Source: Candidatus Multivorans sp. (lineage in GTDB: Bacteria > Acidobacteriota > Thermoanaerobaculia > Multivoradales > Multivoraceae). From it: a stretch of DNA of 64,000 nt. The stretch is from NCBI GenBank assembly GCA_965238135.1, contig OZ250177.1:3408236-3472235 (forward strand). Direction: 5' to 3'. The notes beneath the pieces are model-generated. The model saw only the letters and a list, made by a program, of their open reading frames with translations, had not been told where the DNA came from and did not search any database. Position numbers and translations under genes: made by a program. Positions 33,803 through 42,975 of the stretch are shown in pieces. Position 1 is the stretch's first letter. Each line of letters starts with the position of its first letter.

Positions 33803-34975
33803 ATGACTCAACGCAGCCTGGGCCCCGCGCCCGGCAGTTCCTGGTTTGACGGCCGCCGTATCGCCGGCTCACTCGCTGGCTCGGTGGCGGCCTTGCTGGC
33901 CATGGCAGCCCTCCCCGTGGCCGGGCAGTCCTCGCCCGGCTCGGACAACCGTGTCGTGCTGCGGGTCAACGACCGCATCGCGACCCTCTACGACTACCAG
34001 AGGGCAGTCAACGAACAGATCGGCGGTATTCGGGGCGCTCTCGGACTGACCGAGCCGGAGCGGCAGGAGCGGATCGGAGACGCCGGCCGCTTCGTGATGA
34101 AGAGGCTGTTCGAGGAACTGCTGCTCATGTCGCGGGCCGATCAACTGGCGGTGACGGTCGACGAGAGCGAAGTCGATGAGCAACTCCGCGCCGTCAGGGA
34201 GCGATTCGGGCTCGAAAGCGAGGAGCAATTCCGCCAGGCTTTGGCGCAGCAGGGCATGCGGGAGGAGGACTTCCGGGAGCGCACGCGCATCCAGCTACGG
34301 TCCAACGTCGTCCGGGGTCGGGAGGTGGCGCCCCGGGTGGTGGTCGAAGATGAAGACATGCGACGGTTCTACCGCGACAACGAGGACCGTTTCCGCATTC
34401 CAGAGCGGGCTCGCTTCGAGGAGGTCGTGGTTCTGGAGGGTGTGGTCCCGGCCGACCGCATGGCGCCGCTGGCGGCGCTGGCCCGTACCCGGTTGATGGC
34501 CGGCGGTGCGGCCGCGGAGGTGGCGGAAGGGCTCGGCGAAGGCGTGACGGCGGTCGATGTCGGATGGGTCACGGCCGGCGACTTGGCGCCCGCTCTCGAT
34601 GCGGTCGCCTGGGAGCTTGAAGTCGACGGCGTTGCCGAAGCGATTGCGGCCCGCGGCGGCCTGCATGTTCTGAAGATGCTGGAGCGAATGCCGGCGACGG
34701 TTCAGCCGTTCGAGGAGGTCCGCGACGCGATCCAGCAGGAAGAGCGGAATCGACTGTTCTCCGAGGAGTACGACCTCTACCTGAGCGAACTCGCGGACGC
34801 CGCCTACGTTGTCGAACGGCTGCCGGAGGGGGCCGAGGGATATCGGCCTGTCGAGTCCCCTTCGCTCGACGGCGACGCGCTGGGGCTGCTCGCTCCGTTC
34901 GGTCGCGACGTCCAGGTGCCGGATGTCGACGAGCCGTCCGGCGATACGGCCGAGGAGACCGAGGGCCAACGCTGA
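33803..34975 (+). CDS. SurA-like chaperone/peptidyl-prolyl isomerase
   Basis: Signal peptide, a SurA N-domain-like VVLRVNDRIATLYDYQRAVNEQ, and a PpiC-like ERARFEEVVVLE...GVDVGWVTAGDLAPAL. Confidence 0.7.
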   Translation: MTQRSLGPAPGSSWFDGRRIAGSLAGSVAALLAMAALPVAGQSSPGSDNRVVLRVNDRIATLYDYQRAVNEQIGGIRGALGLTEPERQERIGDAGRFVMKRLFEELLLMSRADQLAVTVDESEVDEQLRAVRERFGLESEEQFRQALAQQGMREEDFRERTRIQLRSNVVRGREVAPRVVVEDEDMRRFYRDNEDRFRIPERARFEEVVVLEGVVPADRMAPLAALARTRLMAGGAAAEVAEGLGEGVTAVDVGWVTAGDLAPALDAVAWELEVDGVAEAIAARGGLHVLKMLERMPATVQPFEEVRDAIQQEERNRLFSEEYDLYLSELADAAYVVERLPEGAEGYRPVESPSLDGDALGLLAPFGRDVQVPDVDEPSGDTAEETEGQR

Positions 34976-35069
34976 CGATCGGCCGGTCGGGGCCCCCGGA
35001 AAGGGGTCCAGCCGTTCGTAGCAGGTCTTCGGGAGGTCTTTTCGTGGTTCCGAGGTTTTCCTCAGTCCT

Positions 35070-35117
35070 AAAGTGGAGCAAAGTGGTCTGAAGTAGACAA
35101 GAATGGCCCAAAAGTGG
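35070..35117 (+). promoter_or_regulatory. array of five roughly 10-bp-periodic AAAGTGG-like direct repeats (candidate MraZ operator)
   Basis: The units are AAAGTGGagc AAAGTGGtct GAAGTAGaca AGAATGGccc aAAAGTGGta. The array lies 93-140 nt upstream of the mraZ ATG in a lower-GC intergenic region. Confidence 0.55.
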
Positions 35118-35209
35118 TAACGTCGCGCGTCTGAGCGTCAGTTTGTAGGCACTACGCCCACTTCTTGTGGGTACCACGCCCACCTGACTGACTCTTCAGG
35201 TCGTGAGCG

Positions 35210-35683
35210 ATGTTTCGAGGGCATGCAGAAGCAAAGATCGACGCAAAGGGCCGCCTGAAGGTCCCGAGCGTGTTCCTGCGCCCGCTGCAGGAGCGTTTCG
35301 GTCCCGACATCTTCACCACTTCGCTGCACGGCGATTGCGCGTGGATCTACCCACTGCGGCTCTGGGAGCTGGAGGAGCAGCGCATGGCCCGCCTGCCGGC
35401 CACCCACAGGCTGCGTCGCAAGTGGGAGTCCCGGGTCAGCTACTTCGGTCTCCAGAGCCGTCTCGATTCGCAGGGGCGGCTGATGGTCCCGGCGAAGTTG
35501 CGAGGACGCGCGGGCATCGAGGGCGAGGTCGTCATTTTCGGTCGCCCGGACCGCCTTGAGGTCTGGAACCTCGAGCGGATGGAGAACGACCTGGACTCGG
35601 AACCGTTCACGGATGGCGAGTTGGACGAACTGACCGACGATCTCGAGGCGCTGGATGCGTCCGGCAACAGGGATGTCGACTGA
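35210..35683 (+). CDS. mraZ: transcriptional regulator MraZ
   Basis: MFRGHAEAKIDAKGRLKVPSVF plus a second DSQGRLMVPAKLR repeat give two SpoVT/AbrB-like halves. It is the first gene of the dcw cluster. Confidence 0.95.
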   Translation: MFRGHAEAKIDAKGRLKVPSVFLRPLQERFGPDIFTTSLHGDCAWIYPLRLWELEEQRMARLPATHRLRRKWESRVSYFGLQSRLDSQGRLMVPAKLRGRAGIEGEVVIFGRPDRLEVWNLERMENDLDSEPFTDGELDELTDDLEALDASGNRDVD

Positions 35684-36659
35684 TGTGGGCGGCGACGGTC
35701 AGAAGCCCCGGCACCAGCCCGTCCTGGTCTGCGAGGCCCTGCGGTTCCTTGCTCCGGAACGCGGCGGTTGGTTCGTCGACTGCACGGTCGGCCTGGGCGG
35801 TCATGCCGCGGAACTCCTTGGGCGCTTTCCCGGCGCGCGGGTGCTCGGCATCGACCGCGACGAAGAAGCCCTGGACCACGCCCGGCGCAGGCTGCGCGAG
35901 TTCGGTTCGCGGGCCGTCCTGGTGCACGGCAACTTCCATTCGATCGACGAAGTTCTGGCTGAGGTGGGGAGCGGGAAACCGGCGGGAATCCTCGCCGATC
36001 TCGGCGTTTCGTCGCTGCAACTGGACCAGCCGGAGCGGGGCTTCAGCTTCAGGCGCACCGGCCCGCTCGACATGCGCATGGATCAATCGACTCGATCGGC
36101 AACGACGACTGCGAGGGACATCGTGAACCTGGAATCCCAGAGCGTGTTGGAGACCGTGCTCCGCGATTACGGCGAGGAGCGTCAAGCCCGCAAGATCGCG
36201 CGGGCGATCGTTGAGCGTCGTCGCCGCGGGCCGATCGAGACCACCGACGACTTGCGTGAACTGGTTCACGAGACGGTTGGGACGTCCAGGGTGAGGCGGG
36301 GCCGCGCGATGCCGGGAAGCCGGTCGATCGATGCCGCGACCAGGACGTTCCAGGCGCTTCGGATCGCCGTCAACGAGGAGTTGTCCGGGTTGGGGCCGGC
36401 CCTCGAACGAGCGGTGAATCTGCTTGAGCGGGACGGCCGGTTGGTCGTCATCTCGTACCACAGCCTGGAAGACCGGATCGTCAAGCACCGGCTCCGCGCC
36501 AACGCCGTGGGCGAGGTCGATCCGATCACTGGGCGCCCGCGCACCGAAACACGGCTGATCGAACTGATGACCAAGAAGCCGATCCGGCCGCAGCCGAGCG
36601 AGGTGGAGTACAACCCCCGGTCGCGGTCCGCGCGGTTGCGCGCGGCCCGGAGGCTGTAG
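35655..36659 (+). CDS. rsmH: 16S rRNA (cytosine1402-N4)-methyltransferase
   Basis: HQPVLVCEAL...VDCTVGLGGHAAELL...LADLGVSSLQLD...FQALRIAVNEEL are RsmH/MraW motifs. An alternative ATG lies at 35673. Confidence 0.9.
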   Translation: MRPATGMSTDVGGDGQKPRHQPVLVCEALRFLAPERGGWFVDCTVGLGGHAAELLGRFPGARVLGIDRDEEALDHARRRLREFGSRAVLVHGNFHSIDEVLAEVGSGKPAGILADLGVSSLQLDQPERGFSFRRTGPLDMRMDQSTRSATTTARDIVNLESQSVLETVLRDYGEERQARKIARAIVERRRRGPIETTDDLRELVHETVGTSRVRRGRAMPGSRSIDAATRTFQALRIAVNEELSGLGPALERAVNLLERDGRLVVISYHSLEDRIVKHRLRANAVGEVDPITGRPRTETRLIELMTKKPIRPQPSEVEYNPRSRSARLRAARRL

Positions 36660-36684
36660 CGGCTGAGACGGGATTTCGTGAACT

Positions 36685-37071
36685 GTGAAGACCGGTTACA
36701 GCGTCAGCAAGGAGATCGCGAATCCCTTCCTCGTGCGCCAGCGGGATCCGGGCCGGCTCCGCGGCCTGTGGCGGCTGGTGGCGATCGTTCTGCCCTTCGG
36801 CGCCGCGGTGTTCGCGTACACCTGGGTACACGAACAGGGTCTGGAGGCCGGCTATCGGATCGAGCAGTTCGAACGGCGCCTGGAGGACCTGCTGCAGGAA
36901 GAACGCCTGCTCGAACTGGAGGCCACGCGGCTGACGCGGCCTGAGCGGCTGAGGGCGCTGGCGCTGGAACAACTCGGTATGGCGCCCCCGACGCTGGACC
37001 AGATGATCTTCCTGAGTTCGGAGAGCGCGTCCCTCGTACAGGCCGGCATCGCGACGGAGGCCGCGCAGTGA
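36685..37071 (+). CDS. ftsL: cell division protein FtsL
   Basis: Small bitopic protein with one TM (LWRLVAIVLPFGAAVFAYTWV) followed by a coiled coil. It sits between rsmH and ftsI. Confidence 0.75.
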   Translation: MKTGYSVSKEIANPFLVRQRDPGRLRGLWRLVAIVLPFGAAVFAYTWVHEQGLEAGYRIEQFERRLEDLLQEERLLELEATRLTRPERLRALALEQLGMAPPTLDQMIFLSSESASLVQAGIATEAAQ

Positions 37072-38903
37072 ACGCCCTCGGACCCCGCGCCAGGGGCGCC
37101 CGGCGCCGCCACCTCGGAAGGCTGGTGATCCTGGTCACGGTCGCCGGCGTCTGGATGGGCGCCATCGGTTGGCGGCTCTTCGATCTGCAGATTCTCGACG
37201 CCGACTCGTACCGGGAGAGCGCGGCGCGGCAGCAGCGCAGCGAGGTCGTCCTGAACCCCAAGCGCGGGACGATTTACGACTCGCGCGGCAGAACCATGGC
37301 GGTGTCGGTCGAGACCCGGACGCTCTATGCCGAAACCGCCAAGGTGGACGATCCGCCGACGCTGGCCGCCTACATTGCTCCGTTGGTGGGCCGCACCGAG
37401 GAACGGATAGAGGCCCTGCTGCAGAAGCCCGGGCACGTGCCGCTGGCGCGGAAGCTCGACCGCGCCCTGGCCGCCGGCATCGACCTGTCCGCGTTTCCGG
37501 GCCTCTACTTCCTGGCCGAGAGCAAGCGCGAGTACCCGATGGGCTCGTTGATGGCTCATGTGCTTGGCTTCGTCGGTACGGACACCAGCCTCGCCGGTAT
37601 CGAACTCAAGTACGACGGCGAGGTCGCGGGTGAGTCGGTCAAGAGGCACGTACTCCGGGATGGCCAGCAGCGGTTGGTCGTCGTCGCCGGTTCGCTGGGC
37701 GAACCGAAGCCGGGGGCGGACCTCCACCTGACCATCGATGCGACGATCCAGCACCTGGCGGAGCGGGCCCTGCGGGAGACGATCGAGTGGTCGAAGGCCA
37801 AGGCCGGCAACGTGGTGATCCTGGCGCCGGAAGATTCGGCGGTGCTGGCGATGGCCTCCTATCCGGTCTTCGACCCGAACCAATTCGGCGACTTCGGTTC
37901 CGAGGAGCGCCGGAACAGGGCGATCCAGGATTCGTATGAGCCCGGCTCGACGTTCAAGACGATCACGGTGGCGGGCGCGTTCGAGCGGCAGGTTGTTCAC
38001 GCCGACCAGATCATGGATTGCGGCAATGGCCGGATTCGCGTCGGCAAGGCGCGGATCAACGACCACAAGCCCTTTCCCGAACTCACCTTCCGCACGGCGA
38101 TCGCCAAGTCGAGCAACGTCTGCGCGATCAAGGCAGGGCTCCTGGCCGGTGAGCAGACGATGCAGGACCTCGTGTCGGCCTTCGGGTTCGGCAAGGCCAC
38201 CGGCATCGACATCGGTGGCGAGCATCCGGGCATCGTGCCGCTCCGGGTCTGGGATCGCGAAACGACAGCGTATGCCTCGTTCGGCTACGGCTTGGCGGTG
38301 ACGCCCCTCCAGCTTGCGAACGCCTACGCGGCGGTTGCCAACGGCGGGGTGTGGAACCAGCCGTACATCGTGCGCTCCCTGGAGCGCGAAGGTGAGATCG
38401 TCGACCTGCGTCCTGAGGATCGCAGCCGGCGCGTGATCTCGAAGTCGACCGCGTACGAGGTCATCCGCCTGCTCGAGGAAGTGGTCGTGAGCGGCACGGG
38501 CCGCAAGGCCGCCATCGCCGGCTACCGGGTAGCCGGCAAGACGGGGACGGCCGAGAAGTCGGACGCGGGGGGCTACTCGGAGACCGGTCGCGTCGCTGGT
38601 TTCGTCGGTATTGCTCCCGCCCGGGCGCCCCGATTGGTCTGTCTGGTGATGATCGACGAGCCGACCGTCGCCACCGGTGGCGGTGAAGTCGCTGCGCCGG
38701 CCTTCCAACGCATCGTCAGCGAGGCGTTGTTCTACCTCGGTGCGACGCCTTCGCGGCAGCCGATGGGTTGGAGCCAGCCGGTGTGGCTGCGGCCGGCCGA
38801 GCCGGCGGACGTCAAGGTCGTCGACGCGGTCGCCGAAGAGGAGGTGAAGCAGGAGGACACGGGGACGGAAGGCGAGCTGTGGACGGCGCCGGGATCGAGC
38901 TGA
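37068..38903 (+). CDS. ftsI: peptidoglycan D,D-transpeptidase FtsI (PBP3)
   Basis: STFK, SSN and KTGT motifs are present behind an N-terminal TM. The GTG start overlaps the ftsL stop (GTGA). Confidence 0.9.
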   Translation: MNALGPRARGARRRHLGRLVILVTVAGVWMGAIGWRLFDLQILDADSYRESAARQQRSEVVLNPKRGTIYDSRGRTMAVSVETRTLYAETAKVDDPPTLAAYIAPLVGRTEERIEALLQKPGHVPLARKLDRALAAGIDLSAFPGLYFLAESKREYPMGSLMAHVLGFVGTDTSLAGIELKYDGEVAGESVKRHVLRDGQQRLVVVAGSLGEPKPGADLHLTIDATIQHLAERALRETIEWSKAKAGNVVILAPEDSAVLAMASYPVFDPNQFGDFGSEERRNRAIQDSYEPGSTFKTITVAGAFERQVVHADQIMDCGNGRIRVGKARINDHKPFPELTFRTAIAKSSNVCAIKAGLLAGEQTMQDLVSAFGFGKATGIDIGGEHPGIVPLRVWDRETTAYASFGYGLAVTPLQLANAYAAVANGGVWNQPYIVRSLEREGEIVDLRPEDRSRRVISKSTAYEVIRLLEEVVVSGTGRKAAIAGYRVAGKTGTAEKSDAGGYSETGRVAGFVGIAPARAPRLVCLVMIDEPTVATGGGEVAAPAFQRIVSEALFYLGATPSRQPMGWSQPVWLRPAEPADVKVVDAVAEEEVKQEDTGTEGELWTAPGSS

Positions 38904-38976
38904 TGAGACTCGGCGACGCGATCGCCGACCTGCCGCTGCGGTCACCGCTGGCCTTGCCGCCGCCGACACGGAAGTC

Positions 38977-40449
38977 ATGGGCGTTCAGCACGACTCCCGC
39001 CGCGTTGTGAGCGGCGATCTGTTCGTCGCCTGGCGAGGCGACCTCCACGACGGTCGTGTCTTCGCTCCGGACGCGGTGGCGCGGGGCGCCGCCGCGGTAC
39101 TGGCCTTCGGCCCGCCGCCGGCCCCGCCGACCGTACCGTGGCTGGAGGTCGACGATCCCCGCGCCCGCATGGGGCGGGTGGCCGCGAGGCTCTACGGCCA
39201 CCCGGAACGGGAGCTTCTGACCGTCGGCGTCACCGGCACCAACGGCAAGAGCACGACGTCCCAGTTGATCGGCGCCTGTCTGACCCGGTCGGGTCGTTCC
39301 GCGGCGGTGGTCGGAACCCTGGGCCGCACGGTCCATCGGCCGGGTTCCGCGCCGGCGGCCTTCGAGCCCCTGAGCCGGGCGGCGGAGGATCGCACGACGC
39401 CGGAGAGCAGTGACCTGTTCCGGATGTTGCGCCGGGCCGTGGACCTGGGCGCGCGGTCGGCGGCGATCGAGGTCTCGTCCCACGCCCTCGACCAGGGTCG
39501 CATGAACGGCATGAGGTTCGACGCCGCGGTGTTCACGAACCTGACCAGAGACCATCTCGACTACCACCCATCGTTCGAGGCCTACTTTGCGGCCAAGCGC
39601 CGCCTGTTCTCCTTGCTCCGGCCGGGCGGCAGGGCGGTGCTCAACGTCGACGACGAGTACGGCCGCCGTCTGGCGTCGGAGCTCCAGGACAGCGGCAGGG
39701 TCGTGCGGTTCAGCGCCTCCGGACGCCGGGATGCCGAGGTGCGAGTGGTCCGCGCCGACCTCGATCTGGCCGGGATTCGCGCCGAGGTCGAGACGCCCAC
39801 GGGCCTGATCGCCTTGAACAGCCCCCTTCTCGGCCGGTTCAACCTCGAGAACCTGGCCGCGGCAGTGGCCGCGGCTCAGGCCCTCGGCGTCTCCGCCGAA
39901 GGCATATGCGAGGCGGTAGCCGACCAGCCGCCGCTCTCCGGCCGGCTTGAGCCGGTGGAGCGCGGTCAGGAGTTTCCCGTTCTCGTCGACTACGCCCACA
40001 CGGACGGGGGGCTGCGCGCGGCCCTGGCGGCGGTGCGCGAACTGAGCGACCGGCGCATTGCCGTCGTGTTCGGCTGCGGCGGTGACCGCGATCGCGGCAA
40101 GCGGGAACTGATGGGGCGCGCGGCGGGAGAACTCGCGGATCTCGCGATCGTCACCGACGACAACCCGCGGAGCGAGGAGCCGGGGCTCATCCATGCCGCG
40201 ATCGTCGCTGGTCTCGAGGCCGCTCGGGGTTGTGCCTGGGAAGTCGTCGCGGGCCGGCGCGAGGCGATTCGGCGGGCCGTTTCGGTGGCGGCGGCGGCGC
40301 CGGGGTGGACGGTCCTGGTTGCCGGCAAGGGCCACGAGGCGACGCAAACGATCGGCGGCCTCAAGGTGCCCTTTCGTGACCGCGATGAGTTGGAGTCGGC
40401 CCTGAACGCACTGAACGGGGAGCTCGAGGGTGAGACGACCCCTTGCTGA
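38977..40449 (+). CDS. murE: UDP-N-acetylmuramoyl-L-alanyl-D-glutamate--2,6-diaminopimelate ligase
   Basis: DSRRVVSGDLFVA, GVTGTNGKSTT and DDNPRSE motifs are present. The start given is the first ATG in this frame. A MurE-like N-terminus (MRLGDAIADLPL) lies upstream in a different frame (see findings). Confidence 0.85.
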   Translation: MGVQHDSRRVVSGDLFVAWRGDLHDGRVFAPDAVARGAAAVLAFGPPPAPPTVPWLEVDDPRARMGRVAARLYGHPERELLTVGVTGTNGKSTTSQLIGACLTRSGRSAAVVGTLGRTVHRPGSAPAAFEPLSRAAEDRTTPESSDLFRMLRRAVDLGARSAAIEVSSHALDQGRMNGMRFDAAVFTNLTRDHLDYHPSFEAYFAAKRRLFSLLRPGGRAVLNVDDEYGRRLASELQDSGRVVRFSASGRRDAEVRVVRADLDLAGIRAEVETPTGLIALNSPLLGRFNLENLAAAVAAAQALGVSAEGICEAVADQPPLSGRLEPVERGQEFPVLVDYAHTDGGLRAALAAVRELSDRRIAVVFGCGGDRDRGKRELMGRAAGELADLAIVTDDNPRSEEPGLIHAAIVAGLEAARGCAWEVVAGRREAIRRAVSVAAAAPGWTVLVAGKGHEATQTIGGLKVPFRDRDELESALNALNGELEGETTPC

Positions 40450-41899
40450 TGCGGCCAGGATCATGAACGGTTGCCTGATCGGAGAGGTTGAACCCGGCGC
40501 CTGTTACCGGGGCGGGGCGATCGACTCGCGCCGGGTCGAGGGCGGCGAACTGTTCTTCGCGCTGCCCGGCGAGCGGACCGACGGCCATCGCTTCGTGGCC
40601 GACGCCCTGGCCGCGGGCGCCGCGGCCGCCGTGGTGGCGGCGCCGGTCGACCAGGCGGGGGGCCCCCAGATCCGGGTCGACGACGTGACCGCGGCGCTCC
40701 ACGATCTGACCCGGGACCATCGCCGGAGGCTCAAGACCCGGGTCGCGTCGGTCACCGGCTCGGCCGGCAAGACGACGACCAAGGATCTGCTGGCCCTGCT
40801 GCTCGGCGAACGCTGGCGGGTTCACAAGAGTCCGGGCAATCTGAACAACCTTCTCGGCTTCCCGCTCACGCTGCTTGCCGTGGACGAGGACTGCGAGTGG
40901 CTGGTGGCCGAGATGGGGATGTCGGCGCCGGGCGAGTTGGCCGCGGTCAGCCGGCTCGGCCGGCCGGACGTGGCGGTGTTCACGAACGTGCGACCGGCGC
41001 ACCTCGCCGGCTTCGAGCAGGAGAGTGGCGTCGCCGCGGGCGTGGAGGCGATTGCCCGGGCCAAGGCGGAGCTGCTCGAAGGGCTTGCCGACGACGGCAT
41101 CGTCGTCGCGAACGCCGGCAACCCCCACGTCGTCGGCCTCGTTGAGCGATACCTGGCCGAACGTGCCGAACGTGCCGAACGTCCGGAAAGCGGCCGCGCC
41201 GGCGCGGCCGGGCGCGTCGTCTGGTTCGAGGTGGCGCCCGCGGCCGGCAAGACCCCCGTTGCCGAGGTCACAGCACGCGACCTCGAGCCGCTGGCGGGAG
41301 AACCGGGAACGCGTTTCGTGCTCGAAAGGGGCGGCGCCGAAGCACTCGTCGAGCTGCCCCTGCACGGCCGGGTCAACGTCGAGAACTTCCTGGCCGCCGC
41401 GGCCTGTGCCCTTCGCCTCGGCGTTCCGATCGAGCGCGTGGCCGCGGCCGCGCGACGGCCGATATCCGCGGCCGGACGCGGCGAAGTGGTTTCGCTGTCC
41501 TCGGGCGCGACCCTGGTGGACGACTCGTACAACTCGAACCCGGAAGCCGCGCAGTTTGCGCTTCAGGCCGCGCGCCTGCTCGACGGCCGGCGCCACGTGG
41601 CGATCCTGGGGGAGATGCTCGAGCTCGGCAGCGCCGAGCGCCGCTACCACCGGGAACTGGGCAGCGCCGCCGCCGATCTGGGATTCGACCTGGTCGTGGG
41701 CGTTGGCTGGTTGACGACCGATCTGCTGGCGGCTGCGGCCGAGGGCGGCGCGGAGACCGTCTGGTTCGAGGACTCGCTCGCCGCGAGCGCCGGCGCGCCG
41801 GCCCTGATCAGGGACGGCGATGTCGTGCTGGTCAAGGGTTCGCGCGGCTCGGCGCTCGAGCATGTCGCCGGGGCGCTGAGGCAGGAGAGGGCGAACTGA
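40430..41899 (+). CDS. murF: UDP-N-acetylmuramoyl-tripeptide--D-alanyl-D-alanine ligase
   Basis: IDSRRVEGGELFFALPGERTDGHRF and VTGSAGKTTTKD are MurF motifs. The gene overlaps the murE 3' end. Confidence 0.9.
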   Translation: MRRPLADAARIMNGCLIGEVEPGACYRGGAIDSRRVEGGELFFALPGERTDGHRFVADALAAGAAAAVVAAPVDQAGGPQIRVDDVTAALHDLTRDHRRRLKTRVASVTGSAGKTTTKDLLALLLGERWRVHKSPGNLNNLLGFPLTLLAVDEDCEWLVAEMGMSAPGELAAVSRLGRPDVAVFTNVRPAHLAGFEQESGVAAGVEAIARAKAELLEGLADDGIVVANAGNPHVVGLVERYLAERAERAERPESGRAGAAGRVVWFEVAPAAGKTPVAEVTARDLEPLAGEPGTRFVLERGGAEALVELPLHGRVNVENFLAAAACALRLGVPIERVAAAARRPISAAGRGEVVSLSSGATLVDDSYNSNPEAAQFALQAARLLDGRRHVAILGEMLELGSAERRYHRELGSAAADLGFDLVVGVGWLTTDLLAAAAEGGAETVWFEDSLAASAGAPALIRDGDVVLVKGSRGSALEHVAGALRQERAN

Positions 41900-42975
41900 T
41901 GCTGCTCGACCTGCTGTTGCCGCTCGGCGAGAGGATGGCGCCCTTCAACGTCGTCCAGTACATCACCTTCCGCTGCGCCTGCGCCGCGTTGACGGGTGTC
42001 GTGCTGAGCCTGATGCTGGGCCCCAGTTTCATCCGCGCCGCGCGGCGCCTCTCGATCGGACAGGCGATCCGCGAGGAAGGCCCGGAGCGGCACAAGAGCA
42101 AGGCCGGCACCCCGACGATGGGGGGATTGCTCATCCTCGTCGCGGTGATCGTGCCGACCCTGCTGTGGTCCGACCTTTCGAACGTCTACGTCTGGCTTGC
42201 GATCGGCACGACGATCGCGCTGGGCGCGGTCGGCTTCGTCGACGACCTGCTCAAGGTCCGGCGGCGCCACAGCAAGGGCTTAGGGCTGAAGGCGAAGCTG
42301 GGCCTGCAGCTCGCGGTGGGCGCGGCGCTCGGCGCCGGCCTGGTCGGCCTGACCGATCTCGACGCGAACCTGAGCTTCCCCTTCTTCAAGACCCTGCTGA
42401 TCGAACTCGGTCCGTTCTACATTCCCTTCGTCGCCATCCTGATCGCCGGTTCCTCCAATGCGGTGAACCTCACCGATGGGCTCGACGGCCTGGCGATCGG
42501 CGCCACCCTGGTGGCGGCAGCCACCTACGCGGTCTTCGCCTACATCGCGGGCAACTCGATCGTCGCCCGCTACCTGCAGGTGTCCTACGTCCCGGGGGCA
42601 GGCGAGGTCGCGATCATCTGCTCCGCCCTGGTCGGGGCCAGCCTCGGCTTCCTATGGTTCAACGCCCATCCGGCCCAGGTGTTCATGGGCGACGTCGGCT
42701 CGCTCGCAATCGGCGGCACGATCGGCGCGGTCGCGGTGCTCTCCAAGCAGGAACTGCTGCTGGTGCTGGTCGGCGGACTGTTCGTGATCGAGGCGCTGTC
42801 GGTGATCGTCCAGGTGGCGTCCTACAAGACGACCGGGCGCCGGGTCCTGCGCATGGCGCCGCTCCACCATCACTTCGAACTCGGCGGGTGGAGCGAGAAC
42901 CAGGTCATCGTGCGGTTCTGGATTCTCGCCGTGCTGTTCGCCTTTCTCGGGCTTTCGACCCTGAAGTTGAGGTAG
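41899..42975 (+). CDS. mraY: phospho-N-acetylmuramoyl-pentapeptide transferase
   Basis: HKSKAGTPTMGG, NAVNLTDGLDGLA and APLHHHFE motifs are present. Confidence 0.95.
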   Translation: MLLDLLLPLGERMAPFNVVQYITFRCACAALTGVVLSLMLGPSFIRAARRLSIGQAIREEGPERHKSKAGTPTMGGLLILVAVIVPTLLWSDLSNVYVWLAIGTTIALGAVGFVDDLLKVRRRHSKGLGLKAKLGLQLAVGAALGAGLVGLTDLDANLSFPFFKTLLIELGPFYIPFVAILIAGSSNAVNLTDGLDGLAIGATLVAAATYAVFAYIAGNSIVARYLQVSYVPGAGEVAIICSALVGASLGFLWFNAHPAQVFMGDVGSLAIGGTIGAVAVLSKQELLLVLVGGLFVIEALSVIVQVASYKTTGRRVLRMAPLHHHFELGGWSENQVIVRFWILAVLFAFLGLSTLKLR

